From the sequence record SRR22947727_1880: a stretch of DNA of 63,298 nucleotides, one strand, 5' to 3'. The notes beneath the pieces are model-generated. The model had not been told where the DNA came from. It ran no database searches and saw nothing but the letters and a program-made list of their open reading frames with translations. Of the stretch, positions 9,275-19,393 are shown one piece after another (the first letter of the stretch is position 1; every line of letters starts with the position of its first letter). A program made the position numbers and the translations under genes.

Positions 9275-9959
9275 GCGCTGCAAGAGCCCTCGCCATCTCA
9301 AGATCAGCGGGAGAGTCAATATCCACGCTGGCCATCTCATCCATCTGAAAAAAAAGCGCCCCATCAATGGGCACTTCCGACCTGGCACTGAATTCTGCCT
9401 CAGAAAAAACGTAGATTGCTCCGTTCGCATAAAAGCGCTGCGGCAAATCCTGGCGGTTTGTGCCATGACCAGAGTTCATTTCCGGGTCTACACGAATTCG
9501 CTCTCCGTCCAGCACTACCATTTTCTCGGGGAGCTGCTTAGCCGAGCACACGGAAACCAAGCTTTCAGCTCCACCTCTCTCGAATGCATCCAGTGCTGCC
9601 TCAACGTGATGCCGAGTCCGGAACGGTGAGGTTGGTTGTAAGTAAACTATTAGCAAAGGGGCACCATCACCGATTTTTTCCTGTCCAGCAAGAAAGTCTC
9701 TGACGACCTCGGCGGCAGTCGCATCACTGTTCAATGCATCTGAATTCCTCATGTGTACGCTTGCGCCCAGCCTCGACGCTTGATCAGCAATCTCAGCATC
9801 GTCGGTGGAGACCACAACTGAGCTGATTCGACCTACAGACTGAGCAGATTCAATGGCGCGGGCCAAAAGAGTCTTGTCGCCCACAACTTGGAGATTCTTT
9901 CTTGGGACACCGAGCGAGTGTCCCTTCGCAGGAATCAAGGCGACATAATTGAGACCCAT
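9261..9959 (-). CDS. neuA: CMP-N-acylneuraminate synthetase (cytidylyltransferase)
   Basis: ALIPAKGHSLGVPRKN, VVSTD, LQPTSPFR, RQDLP, NGAIY, VDID. TAGGCT lies 7 nt before ATG 9959. Confidence 0.93.
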   Translation of the reverse strand: MGLNYVALIPAKGHSLGVPRKNLQVVGDKTLLARAIESAQSVGRISSVVVSTDDAEIADQASRLGASVHMRNSDALNSDATAAEVVRDFLAGQEKIGDGAPLLIVYLQPTSPFRTRHHVEAALDAFERGGAESLVSVCSAKQLPEKMVVLDGERIRVDPEMNSGHGTNRQDLPQRFYANGAIYVFSEAEFSARSEVPIDGALFFQMDEMASVDIDSPADLEMARALAAHVGI

Positions 9960-10079
9960 ACCGGATAGCCTACCTTCCTGGTCGAAGCAAAAACGGGCTC
10001 GGCCGAGGAGCATCAAACCAGCGATGTTGTGAGCGGTACCCTTGAAAATTCAGTGTCACAAATCAGGCAGGAAGACGAT

Positions 10080-11039
10080 ATGGGGAACCTCACTACTCGC
10101 CTAGAAGGGTTAAAGCGAGACGCTGTTGAGTCTGCGAGCGGTGGCCGTGTGCGCGATTGGGCTTCGTTACGTCTCGCCCATAGAGACGCCGCCGCAACCC
10201 GACGGGCCGCAAACACACGAGGAGTGTCAACGCTTGACACAAGAGACCCCCGCTCGCTCATGGGGGACCAAGTCCCGGATACGCTCTTCATCCTAGGTTC
10301 GGGTCCATCAGTCAATAGGCTCAGCTCCCAGAATTTCGAGGAAGTGGAGAGAGGGTTTTCCGTAGGCGTAAATTCGTGGATTTTGCATCCGTTCGTGCCT
10401 AATGTCTACGCATTCGAGCCATCGGAAAGTCTCGATTATCTCAACGAGAGCCAAGTGCTTCGGGAGGTTCTGGCCAGGAAGCTTGAAGAGGGTAACGACT
10501 CACGAATACTCCACCTCCGACCACATGCCTCGACAGCTCAGGCACTTGAGGTGCTTCCCCCGGACTCTCTTGCACACCGATTTTCCTACTATGGCCGCAC
10601 AGCGCTGACGACACAATTAGTCAGCAATCTCGAAAGAGACCTCACCCAGTTGTTGCAAGCTCATTCCCGGGAAAGGCTTCCATCCGAGATTTTGCTGGAC
10701 TCTGGGGGAAGTGTAGGCAGAATGGTGTCGCTCGGTATCTTCTTCGGATTCCAAAAAATTGTGCTTATAGGAGTCGACCTGAGCCGCAATCAGTACTTTT
10801 TTGAAGATGATCCAAGTTATTTAGAGGATTTAGGGATCGCCTCCTACAATCCCTGGAAATCAAGGACAGAGCACCACGAGACTCAGCAGCGCACTAATCG
10901 AGCTTTTGTAGCTACGGAGTTTCTGGGAGCACTTGCAAAGGTGTCCAAGGCCCGCGGCGGCCCGGAAATGTTTGTGGCAAACAACCAATCACTGTTGTCA
11001 CAGGTGATGCCTCAGTATGAGTGGTCTGGCAGAGATTAG
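10080..11039 (+). CDS. Putative nonulosonate/sialyl-transferase (Maf/CstII-like)
   Basis: FILGSGPS and KIVLIGVDL motifs resemble Maf and GT42 sialyltransferases. Divergent from neuA. Start uncertain (10029 or 10080). Confidence 0.55.
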   Translation: MGNLTTRLEGLKRDAVESASGGRVRDWASLRLAHRDAAATRRAANTRGVSTLDTRDPRSLMGDQVPDTLFILGSGPSVNRLSSQNFEEVERGFSVGVNSWILHPFVPNVYAFEPSESLDYLNESQVLREVLARKLEEGNDSRILHLRPHASTAQALEVLPPDSLAHRFSYYGRTALTTQLVSNLERDLTQLLQAHSRERLPSEILLDSGGSVGRMVSLGIFFGFQKIVLIGVDLSRNQYFFEDDPSYLEDLGIASYNPWKSRTEHHETQQRTNRAFVATEFLGALAKVSKARGGPEMFVANNQSLLSQVMPQYEWSGRD

Positions 11040-12286
11040 TAGCCTTGCGCCTCGTGGGGCGCAGATTCAAGGGCAACTAGGGACTCGAGGAAGTGATCCG
11101 GATCGAGATGGTAGTCGGCAACACGAGGGTCAACCCTCAGGCCGGAAGTGAGGGTCGAGGGTGGGTAAAAAATCTGGCGGTAGTGGACGTCGCTGATGTA
11201 GGCGACGTTCTCGTACCAGTTGTCCTCCGGCTCGCCTGCCCAGGTCCACAACATCGCCTTAGCTTCAGGATTCGCGAAAATTAGGTTGGCCCACGCGGCG
11301 CCGTGAGGGCCAACAATTGCCTCGGCCTCACGGAAAAGTTTGACAGACTCAAAAAAACTCAGATCGTCCAAGTAGACGGGCTCGTAGCCTAACTTCCTGG
11401 AACACTCAATGATTTCGTCCTGGTTGTAGCGCCTCACCTCAGAGGGTTTCCGCGCCAGAAACAACTTTCTGCCTTTCACAACACGGTGTTTCTCAAGACC
11501 AAGCTGTGCCACGATGGAATCGCGGTAGCTCAAGAATGGTTCCTTGACAATACCGATTCGTGCTTCCCGTGATTCCACCATACTGCGAGGGTTTGGCCTC
11601 GTCACACCATCCAGCCGTATCAGGGACTTGACCTTTACCCACCGATCGCCGGGGACCGGGAGCAGGGTTCTCTCCTGAATCACCAGCTCCAACGGTTCCC
11701 TCCAACTTGGCCGCTCAAAAACAATCTCAGGCACGAGAAGCGGGTAGTCACGAAATGTGTCGGGAAGCAGCCGAGCGGCGAAAAGATTCGGAAGATTATC
11801 GATAACCCAGTGAAACCAATTGTGGGGTGCCATCGAGCCGGTAAAGATGCCGAGGTCGATGCTTTCTACCCCCCTCGGTTTTTGTACGAGAACGGAACTC
11901 CCCACTTGGTCGAGAATGCCCGCTATCTCAGTGTTCGGGAAGAACACTTTGGCCGGCTGAGCCAAGCCGGTATGGGGAACGAGGAGTGAGGACCCATCAA
12001 GTAGGAAACCACCGCGCCTATTGGCTGATAGTTGTACGTCTGAAAACAACCGGTAGCTCAGCTGAGCGCCACCAGCCGGAGCGAGATTCTGAAGTCCGCC
12101 GTCTCTCCACCAAGCTTGCACAAGGGGAGACTCCTTTTCCGCAAGGGCTACGGAAGGGGCACACTCGATTTCCTCTCTCACGCCCACTACCCGCCAGCGA
12201 TTAAGGCTCAGGAGTCGGATCAGCCAAGAGAGAGGAAGCGCACGGAATATTTTCCTGACCGCGATAGTCCACATCGCCAAAATCAT
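11036..12286 (-). CDS. Glycosyltransferase family 61 (DUF563) protein
   Basis: NWFHWVIDNLP, LFLARK...RRYNQDEI and LFREAEAIVGPHGAAWANLIF motifs. Confidence 0.85.
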   Translation of the reverse strand: MILAMWTIAVRKIFRALPLSWLIRLLSLNRWRVVGVREEIECAPSVALAEKESPLVQAWWRDGGLQNLAPAGGAQLSYRLFSDVQLSANRRGGFLLDGSSLLVPHTGLAQPAKVFFPNTEIAGILDQVGSSVLVQKPRGVESIDLGIFTGSMAPHNWFHWVIDNLPNLFAARLLPDTFRDYPLLVPEIVFERPSWREPLELVIQERTLLPVPGDRWVKVKSLIRLDGVTRPNPRSMVESREARIGIVKEPFLSYRDSIVAQLGLEKHRVVKGRKLFLARKPSEVRRYNQDEIIECSRKLGYEPVYLDDLSFFESVKLFREAEAIVGPHGAAWANLIFANPEAKAMLWTWAGEPEDNWYENVAYISDVHYRQIFYPPSTLTSGLRVDPRVADYHLDPDHFLESLVALESAPHEAQGY

Positions 12287-12361
12287 CTGTCGGCTCCTCG
12301 ATCCTGGGGACGGGTAGGCTTACGCTGTTTCCACGCTAAGAAGAACTGGAGCTACTGCATC

Positions 12362-13102
12362 ATGGAGAAATCTAGTCCCTCGAATGTGCATCGAACCCAT
12401 GACGAATTTTACCTCGAAATCCCGGCGGGCGATGAGCCTAAGGATTCTTTCAAGAGTTCGGCAGACCTTCTCGAGAAGCTATTGGGTCCAGGGTTGGCAG
12501 GTCGTGAAGTTTTGGACGCTGGGTGTGCAGTGGGTCACTTTCCGCACTACCTCGCGACCAGGTTTCCGGGAGCAAAGATCGAGGGACTCGAGTATCTCCC
12601 CCAACTTGTGAGCAAAGGTAAAGAGCTCTTTCCCGACGTGACTATCCGTGAAGGTTCGATTTTTGATGGAAATCCCTCGAACAACGGGCGATTTGATGCG
12701 ATCACCATGTTGGGGGTCCTGCAGATTTTTGACGACATCGCGCCAATCATCTCCAACCTGGGCTCCTGGCTGAAACGTCCGGGAGGAGCGTTGCTGGTTC
12801 ACGGGCTTTTCAATCCCTTCGAATTTGACGTCTTCACTCGTTATCGCAAGGCTGGAGAAGGCGATGCGAGCGAGATGGAAAACGGGTGGAACATCGTGTC
12901 ACAGCAGACCTTTGCCACCGTATGCGAGACCGCTGGCGCTCAGTCCGTGATTTTCCATAAGTTCGACATCAGTGTTGATCTAACCCCCAGTGAGAGCGAC
13001 CCCGTCCGAAGCTGGACTGAAAAGTTAGAGAACGGGGAACGCCAAATTGTCAACGGATTGCACATTCGGCAACCCCAGTACATTGCCGAAGTCATCTTTT
13101 AG
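12362..13102 (+). CDS. Class I SAM-dependent methyltransferase
   Basis: VLDAGCAVG and FDAITMLGVLQIFDD. Start reassigned to ATG 12362 because the longer ORF overlaps the GT61 gene. Confidence 0.85.
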   Translation: MEKSSPSNVHRTHDEFYLEIPAGDEPKDSFKSSADLLEKLLGPGLAGREVLDAGCAVGHFPHYLATRFPGAKIEGLEYLPQLVSKGKELFPDVTIREGSIFDGNPSNNGRFDAITMLGVLQIFDDIAPIISNLGSWLKRPGGALLVHGLFNPFEFDVFTRYRKAGEGDASEMENGWNIVSQQTFATVCETAGAQSVIFHKFDISVDLTPSESDPVRSWTEKLENGERQIVNGLHIRQPQYIAEVIF

Positions 13103-13188
13103 TCGTTGAGAGCAGAGCGAACAATGGGGGGCGCATATTCGAGGGCCACTAACCCCAGTGTGGCCGGGCGTGGGGCGTCCTTTCGTCC

Positions 13189-14184
13189 ATGAACACCATA
13201 GATTTGGATCATTGCTCGGGTGACTGTCGTGGCGATAGCCACCTCCACTACTCCGACCGCTGCGTCCAGCTTTCCCGCCTCGACCCCCCCACAGAGTCAA
13301 ATGCCGGGGGCACTGGTAGCGCGTTTCATTTCGTCACTTTCGCAAACCAGAGTTTTCTCCCCTCTCTTCGTCGCATCAGGGCACAAGCCAGAGCAATGGC
13401 AGTTTTTTCTACAATCTCAGCTGTCACAGAGAAGGATCTCTCTGCTGACTTCGCTCAACATTTCAAATCACTTCTTACTCCCCCTAGCAAGGGATTCGGT
13501 TACTGGTCATGGAAACCGGAGGTGATTTCCCATGCACTCAGTGAGATTAGGGATGGAGATTTTCTGCTCTACGCTGACGCCGGCTGTCACCTCAACAAGT
13601 GGGGGGCCCAACGCCTGCGGACTTATGGTGCATGGCTCGCTAACGCTCCCCATGACGTCCTCTCTTTTCAGTACCGACCCCTGAGTTTCCCGCCTCGGGG
13701 TTACCCCCATGACGTCATGTCCATCATCACGGATCGTCAATACACGAAGATGGAAGTCAGGAATTACTTCGAGAAGCGCTTTGATACTCGGTCCGAGGTT
13801 GATAGCCCAGCGGTCGCTGCCGGAATCATACTTATCCGGAAGTCGCCTCAATCAACCGGACTCATTGAATTGTGGCGTCAGCTTCTGTGGGACAACCCTG
13901 ACCTGCTCACTGACTCACGTGATCCAACAATCCAGGACCCAGCGTTCATCGAGCCTCGACATGACCAAAGTCTCTTTTCCCTCCTTCTGAAGCACTTCGG
14001 CGGTGAGACCGTTTCGGCCTACGAAACTTGGATTCCCAAGGAAAAGGGTAAGAAGACAAACTGGCGTCCGCTCGGGGATTACCCAATCTTGGCAAAGCGG
14101 GACCTCAGACCCTCGTTCATGTCGCCTTTGTGGAGACAGAGAGCCCGTGCTCGTCTTGGCGGCGTCATCGACTCGCTTCGATAG
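13189..14184 (+). CDS. Hypothetical glycan-modifying protein (GYWxWKP / YxDAG / RHDQS family)
   Basis: FVTFAN, GFGYWSWKPEVI, LLYADAGC (DxD-like) and RHDQSLFSLL. True start uncertain. Confidence 0.6.
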   Translation: MNTIDLDHCSGDCRGDSHLHYSDRCVQLSRLDPPTESNAGGTGSAFHFVTFANQSFLPSLRRIRAQARAMAVFSTISAVTEKDLSADFAQHFKSLLTPPSKGFGYWSWKPEVISHALSEIRDGDFLLYADAGCHLNKWGAQRLRTYGAWLANAPHDVLSFQYRPLSFPPRGYPHDVMSIITDRQYTKMEVRNYFEKRFDTRSEVDSPAVAAGIILIRKSPQSTGLIELWRQLLWDNPDLLTDSRDPTIQDPAFIEPRHDQSLFSLLLKHFGGETVSAYETWIPKEKGKKTNWRPLGDYPILAKRDLRPSFMSPLWRQRARARLGGVIDSLR

Positions 14185-15069
14185 TCAAGCTGCGTCAAAT
14201 ATTCGAGACTCCCAATAGGAAAGTCTCGCTCCCTCCAAGCTGAATGTGTCGGACGACAACACGGCTTCTGCTTTGCGCAGTACTTCGCGGAAATTCGCCA
14301 AGCCGTTCCACGACCGAAGCCCGATGAAGGGAAGCCGTAGCTCTCGGGCGAGCGCTGCTTGGTAAGAATTATTGAGAACCACCGGCAGCGCTCCAACATA
14401 AAGGGCCTCCCAGAATCGATGGGTATCAAGGCCGTTTCCGCGAGGGCAAACAACTAGGCGGTAATCACGCATTTGCCGTAGATACGCAATTCTTCCTGCC
14501 GGGGTGTAGTCAGAGTGCCCCTCCGCGACGTGATCCAAGGTGTTAGATCTTTTTGCCACCACGCGCCTGTGCTTCGGTGCGGTAGCGCTGTTAAAATTGG
14601 CATAGAGAGCAAGCCTCTGCTCGACCAAGGGCTCTGCCATCACGGTCGCAATGTGCGCTTGATTACCTAGGACGGGGTGCAGAGAAGTTTCTGAGGTCGG
14701 ATTACACAAGCCAAGTGGCAAACGAACGGCGCCTAGCGCAGCATTGATGCTCCGCGAGCAGTCCAAATTTGAACAATAAACTCTTCCGCCTGAGTTGAGT
14801 TTCATCAACAATAGAGAAACACAACGGGTAACCAAATCAGAGTGCCCGACCACAACATCACCTCGGTAGCCTGATCCAACCAAGGGTTGTTGCACGTGGC
14901 CTCGCCACAGACCGCTTGTGAACACAAAATCACGCTTAATGTAACGTGGATTGTCCAGCCTGCTGGACCGAGACAAAAGCGCTTCCTGAAAGAAAAAATC
15001 ACCCGATTCTGCGATTGATCGTGCCTCGTGGCGAAGCCAATCTGTCATAAGAGACTCCCAGAACTGCAT
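14185..15069 (-). CDS. Exostosin (GT47)-like protein
   Basis: LYANF and VVCPRGNGLDTHRFWEALYVGALPVV match the exostosin C-terminal motif. Start uncertain (15048-15126). Confidence 0.65.
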   Translation of the reverse strand: MQFWESLMTDWLRHEARSIAESGDFFFQEALLSRSSRLDNPRYIKRDFVFTSGLWRGHVQQPLVGSGYRGDVVVGHSDLVTRCVSLLLMKLNSGGRVYCSNLDCSRSINAALGAVRLPLGLCNPTSETSLHPVLGNQAHIATVMAEPLVEQRLALYANFNSATAPKHRRVVAKRSNTLDHVAEGHSDYTPAGRIAYLRQMRDYRLVVCPRGNGLDTHRFWEALYVGALPVVLNNSYQAALARELRLPFIGLRSWNGLANFREVLRKAEAVLSSDTFSLEGARLSYWESRIFDAA

Positions 15070-15100
15070 GCCTCGACCGAACCTAAATCGTCGAAAGCGG

Positions 15101-16351
15101 TCACAACAGGCTCCGGAACTCTTCAAGCATCTGCAACCGCGTCTCCTGCAACCTTTGATTCCGTCTTTCAGTGGCGGGAAGCAGGTCCGGGAAGTATTTT
15201 TGTGTGCTTTCTCGAAACACCGGGTCCGAGAGTTCCTCCACGAGGCGAACGTTCGGCATCAAGTCAGCGTTCATGAAATCAGCTCTTTCCAGCCACCAGT
15301 GAACGAAATCCGGGTGGCGCTGGTCGGCCCCCGGGAAGCCTTTCGCCTTGGGGTGGACGAGGGGATCAAGTCGTTCTCTGAAGCTAAGCTCCGAAACAAC
15401 ACCGTCCCAATCGCTCGCGAGTTTGTCTAACAGCGATCCAGCGGGAATAAGTAATGGAATTCCGAGCGTAGCGAGCTCAAACAAGGTCATCGTGCTGGTG
15501 GTGTAGGGGACATAAAGAACGACATCAACGTGAGCCAGCAGTTCCCAAGAGTACCTTTTTCCGAAATAGTCACTAGCCGAAATCCACGGAGCGCCGAGTG
15601 CGGTGGCGATCTCTCTTTCTAACTCCTTAGACCGGCTTTGGACGATTCGGACATTAGGAATTTTGCTTCTATCGACAGCGATATAATCGCACACGGAAGG
15701 CACAATGTCTAGCTGTCTTTCGAGAAAATGGGCTGCGTACTCTGCATCCCCTCTGTTATTGGCAAATAACAACAACTTCCCAGAATCAGAAAGTTCTCGA
15801 ATCTCGTCGTCTAAGCGTTGCCACCGTTTTACGTCGCTGCCAAAAGGATGTTCATAGCGAATTGCCGACACCGCAAGAATCGGCTTGCCAAGAGACGAGA
15901 AAAGCCGAATAAAACCAGTGGGGTAGGTGACGATAAAGCCATCGAAACACTGCAAGAACCTGCCGTAACGCCTGAGAAAACTTTGAATTCTCTCCTCAGT
16001 AAGGTCCGACCAATTTTCGCTGTCAATGGCGAACACAGGGTCTGGATCAACAAAGAATGACCGAAACACAAAATTGTGTTTCGAGAGTGACCACGAGACA
16101 AGCTTGACATCGGATAACCCCGCCAGCCCTGCCTGAATATCTGCAATCACCGACACGTGGCAATCAAGGTTGAAAACCCACTTTCTCCGCGAAAATCTGC
16201 GGAGAAAAGGGAAGAGAGCAACGAAAATGTTCAGCTGAAAGCTGCGCAACCCTCTCCGCGTCGTTCTCATGGCAGTCAACAGCCAGCGCTGCCCGCTCAG
16301 ACGAAGGCTCTTGAAGGGGTTCTGCGCCGCTACGTCATTATTCAAGACCAT
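15101..16351 (-). CDS. Hypothetical protein, probable glycosyltransferase
   Basis: 416-aa ORF with FNLDCHVSVIAD and a GT-B-like YVPYTTSTMTLFELATLGIPLLIP segment, located between GT genes. Confidence 0.5.
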   Translation of the reverse strand: MVLNNDVAAQNPFKSLRLSGQRWLLTAMRTTRRGLRSFQLNIFVALFPFLRRFSRRKWVFNLDCHVSVIADIQAGLAGLSDVKLVSWSLSKHNFVFRSFFVDPDPVFAIDSENWSDLTEERIQSFLRRYGRFLQCFDGFIVTYPTGFIRLFSSLGKPILAVSAIRYEHPFGSDVKRWQRLDDEIRELSDSGKLLLFANNRGDAEYAAHFLERQLDIVPSVCDYIAVDRSKIPNVRIVQSRSKELEREIATALGAPWISASDYFGKRYSWELLAHVDVVLYVPYTTSTMTLFELATLGIPLLIPAGSLLDKLASDWDGVVSELSFRERLDPLVHPKAKGFPGADQRHPDFVHWWLERADFMNADLMPNVRLVEELSDPVFRESTQKYFPDLLPATERRNQRLQETRLQMLEEFRSLL

Positions 16352-16473
16352 TCAAAGACCTCGCGCCATTGCTCGAATCGTTACCGACGTCACGCTAACT
16401 TTCACCACTCATATTCTGCGGCGGCGAGAGGTGTTGTGACATCAACCCGCTCGCTACCAAAGCTCCTCGACAC

Positions 16474-17322
16474 TCAGGAATTGAGGCCTTTGTCCACACT
16501 AGATCCCTTTCTCCAAAAGGCTAGCGGCAATGAACCGTCCAGAACAGCAGTGGGAAAATAGCAATTCATCCTGAACTGAAAATCACGATCCGAGAATTTG
16601 ACCAGGCGACTTGATTTTCGCCGTCGGTAACCCCCAGCAGTTCTCCACGCTTCCTTGTGAAAAGTCATTCCGGAGTGGGTGATGTTGAAGTCAGCGACAT
16701 CAGAGTAGCCCTCGACCGCGTACCGCGGGTGAATCGTAACCTCCCCGGAGCGTTGTCTCGGAGGAGCCGCTGAGCCAAAATCCTCAAGAACCTTCTCCTC
16801 ACTAAAGGGCACGCATGATCCACCCAATAACGCGAACGCCCCAGAGAGCTCAAAATGCTGAAGGCTTAGCCAAACTGAGTCATCAAAGAGAATGTCGTCA
16901 TCGTTGAGCACCATCACAAGCTCCGACGACGCGTGCCGAACGCCACGATTAATCGTGGACGCTTGCCCGACGTTTCGCCGATTTTTGAGGACCAAGAAAT
17001 CAACGCCGCGTCGAATGAACGCGTCTCTGTAACCCAGCAGAATCCTTTCAGAATCATCAGGAGACGCATCAAGCACGGCCACCACTTGATCTGGCAGACG
17101 AGTTTGCCGCAAGACGCTTTCCAAACATGAACCCAAAAAGGACGCATGCCCGTAGCAAGGGATAATTACACTGACGTTTTTGGGAATACTTAACGTGGGA
17201 TGTCGCCGTCTTGATCTGCGAACTTCTCTGCGCAAAGCAGGAACATTAATGGGCCCCTGGGGGTGGAGTCGCAACCCGACGAACGCGGCTACCTTCTGAA
17301 ATTTTGAATCCAAGGAACTCAC
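16474..17322 (-). CDS. Glycosyltransferase family 2
   Basis: VSVIIPCY, VLDASPD, NVGQASTINRG, VLNDDD. Confidence 0.9.
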   Translation of the reverse strand: MSSLDSKFQKVAAFVGLRLHPQGPINVPALRREVRRSRRRHPTLSIPKNVSVIIPCYGHASFLGSCLESVLRQTRLPDQVVAVLDASPDDSERILLGYRDAFIRRGVDFLVLKNRRNVGQASTINRGVRHASSELVMVLNDDDILFDDSVWLSLQHFELSGAFALLGGSCVPFSEEKVLEDFGSAAPPRQRSGEVTIHPRYAVEGYSDVADFNITHSGMTFHKEAWRTAGGYRRRKSSRLVKFSDRDFQFRMNCYFPTAVLDGSLPLAFWRKGSSVDKGLNS

Positions 17323-17631
17323 CTTCTCCCCCTCTCAGACATTTCTCACAGACAGGCCGTTCCATCACCCTAATTTCGTTTGCGACCGAGAGGAAGCATG
17401 AATCACCAGAGTGATTCACGTATGTGACAGAATCCAGAGACAGAAACCCGGAAACCACTGGTTAGGGATTGGGGTTGAGGGTGTTGGGGCCCCTGGCAGA
17501 CGCCCGGACGTTTGATCAACTGCGCGGGGGTAAACCGCCAATCGTTCTAGTGTCCAAAACTTCGCGAATTTATCTAGATGGTGTAGCGCCTAGGCTACCC
17601 GAGAACCACAGAGTCCTCTACGATTTCGGAT

Positions 17632-18375
17632 ATGGAAAAAAATACCAGTACCTCCGAACCCGAACGCCAAAGGAGCCTGGTACTTCGAGAGGAAGCAGTC
17701 AGTTTTCTTTCCAATGCCGGGTTTGACTGGAACTCGGACTTCCTAGTTTTTCTGAGAAGGCAAACACTTTCCCGTGTGCTTTATTTGGCCTCACTCTATG
17801 AAATGGTCCTTGAAGTCCCCGGCTACATTTTGGAATTCGGATGCCGATGGGGTCCTTCGTTATCGGTTTTTTCAGGTCTGAGAGGAATCTACGAACCCTA
17901 CAACTACACCCGCGGAATATATGGTTTCGATACCTTTGAAGGCTTCCAAGGGGTGACGGAACACGATAGCGACGAAGCCGAGGATGGTGGCCTTTCCTCC
18001 GACCCAAACCATGTATCCACGCTCAACGAAATCCTCAGACTTTTGGCACTCGACAGCCCCCTGCCTGATCTGCATGAAACCAGCGCAGTTAAGGGTGACG
18101 TGAGGGAAACTCTTCCGGCATGGCTAGAGGAAAATCCCCACGCGATGCTGGCGATGGTTATTTTTGACATGGACATTTACTTGCCCACAAAGGAGGCCTT
18201 AGACCTGGTGATGCCGCGACTCATGCGGAATTCTCTCTTAGTCTTCGACGAATTTTCAACGAAGAGTTTTCCGGGAGAAACATTGGCACTTCTGGAGAAA
18301 GTTGCACCAGGAGAAGTCAACTTTCAACGATCGCCGTTGGCCCCGACGTCAGCATGGTTTCGCTGGCGGCCGTAG
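17632..18375 (+). CDS. TylF/MycF-family sugar O-methyltransferase
   Basis: VPGYILEFGCRWG, YGFDTFEGF, KGDVRETLP, FDMDIYLPT, VFDEF and FPGETLA motifs. Confidence 0.8.
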   Translation: MEKNTSTSEPERQRSLVLREEAVSFLSNAGFDWNSDFLVFLRRQTLSRVLYLASLYEMVLEVPGYILEFGCRWGPSLSVFSGLRGIYEPYNYTRGIYGFDTFEGFQGVTEHDSDEAEDGGLSSDPNHVSTLNEILRLLALDSPLPDLHETSAVKGDVRETLPAWLEENPHAMLAMVIFDMDIYLPTKEALDLVMPRLMRNSLLVFDEFSTKSFPGETLALLEKVAPGEVNFQRSPLAPTSAWFRWRP

Positions 18376-18988
18376 TTTAGAAATCTTCGCGTTCCGAGAA
18401 TTGAGGACTGCGTGAGCAGAACTCTGGTGGCTGGTGGTGTCTAATTTTGCGGCCACGGGCACCATTGCGAAAGCTAGAGACCACCCGTTGCCAGTCCGGC
18501 ATGCAGCGCGACTCCAGCTCGCCCGGGAACCATCAAGAAATATGGACCATAGGTGCCGACGAGAAAATATGTCCGATCACTATCAGACCCGCAGATAGGC
18601 ACCGATAGGGTGCCCCGGGAGGATGTATTTCGCATCGGCCCTGGCCCAACACCCGCTAGCCCTCAGTCCAATCAACACAGGCACTACCTCTCAAGTTTTT
18701 GTGCGGTCGTGTTCTTCTGGCGTAATGCAGACATGCTTCCTTGCCATCGTTAGCTCCAGCGGACAGAAACGTGCGTCCGGGTCCACAATTTTGATTTCTG
18801 CCCTCATTTGAGAATATCGGTGTAAGCAATAGCTAATTCAAAGCAGCGACTATGTCCCGGTCAACACCCTTTAGCGGCCACTGGTCCGCAGGTGTCTGGT
18901 GACTCTGGGCGGCAAAGGTTTCGCGTTCGCTCCGGTTGCCGATTATCCTTTGTTTCGCTCTTTTCAGCGCTGCCAAAGCCATTCTCCT

Positions 18989-19064
<76 letters not shown>

Positions 19065-19093
19065 TTAGAGCTGTTAAGCGTATAACAGTTCCG

Positions 19094-19167
19094 TAGCGGG
19101 GGCGGGGCTCGAACCCGCGACCTCACGATTATGAGCCGTGCGCTCTGACCAGCTGAGCTACCCCGCC
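19094..19167 (-). tRNA. tRNA-Met(CAT), probably elongator
   Basis: GGCGGGGTAGCTCAGCTGGTCAGAGCGCACGGCTCATAATCGTGAGGTCGCGGGTTCGAGCCCCGCCCCCGCTA. Follows tRNA-Thr(GGT). Confidence 0.92.
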
Positions 19168-19191
19168 GCGTGACTGGATGTTAGACATCCG

Positions 19192-19263
<72 letters not shown>

Positions 19264-19393
19264 AGGCCTACCAGTGGCAGGGCCAAGGCTCGAGATTAGC
19301 ACCTAGGAACCCTGCCCGGCAAACACAATCCTCATCGGCTCGCCCACTCCGCAACCGGTTGCACAACGTAAATTTCTCGTTAGGGTTATATCC

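Larger units (their letters stand above)
1..18988. other. Flexible genomic island for surface glycan biosynthesis, abutting the tRNA-Lys 3' end (left boundary outside window)
   Basis: Only glycan-related or unknown genes, visibly more AT-rich than the downstream core, frequent strand switches, and ends at the tRNA cluster. No integrase seen. Confidence 0.7.
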
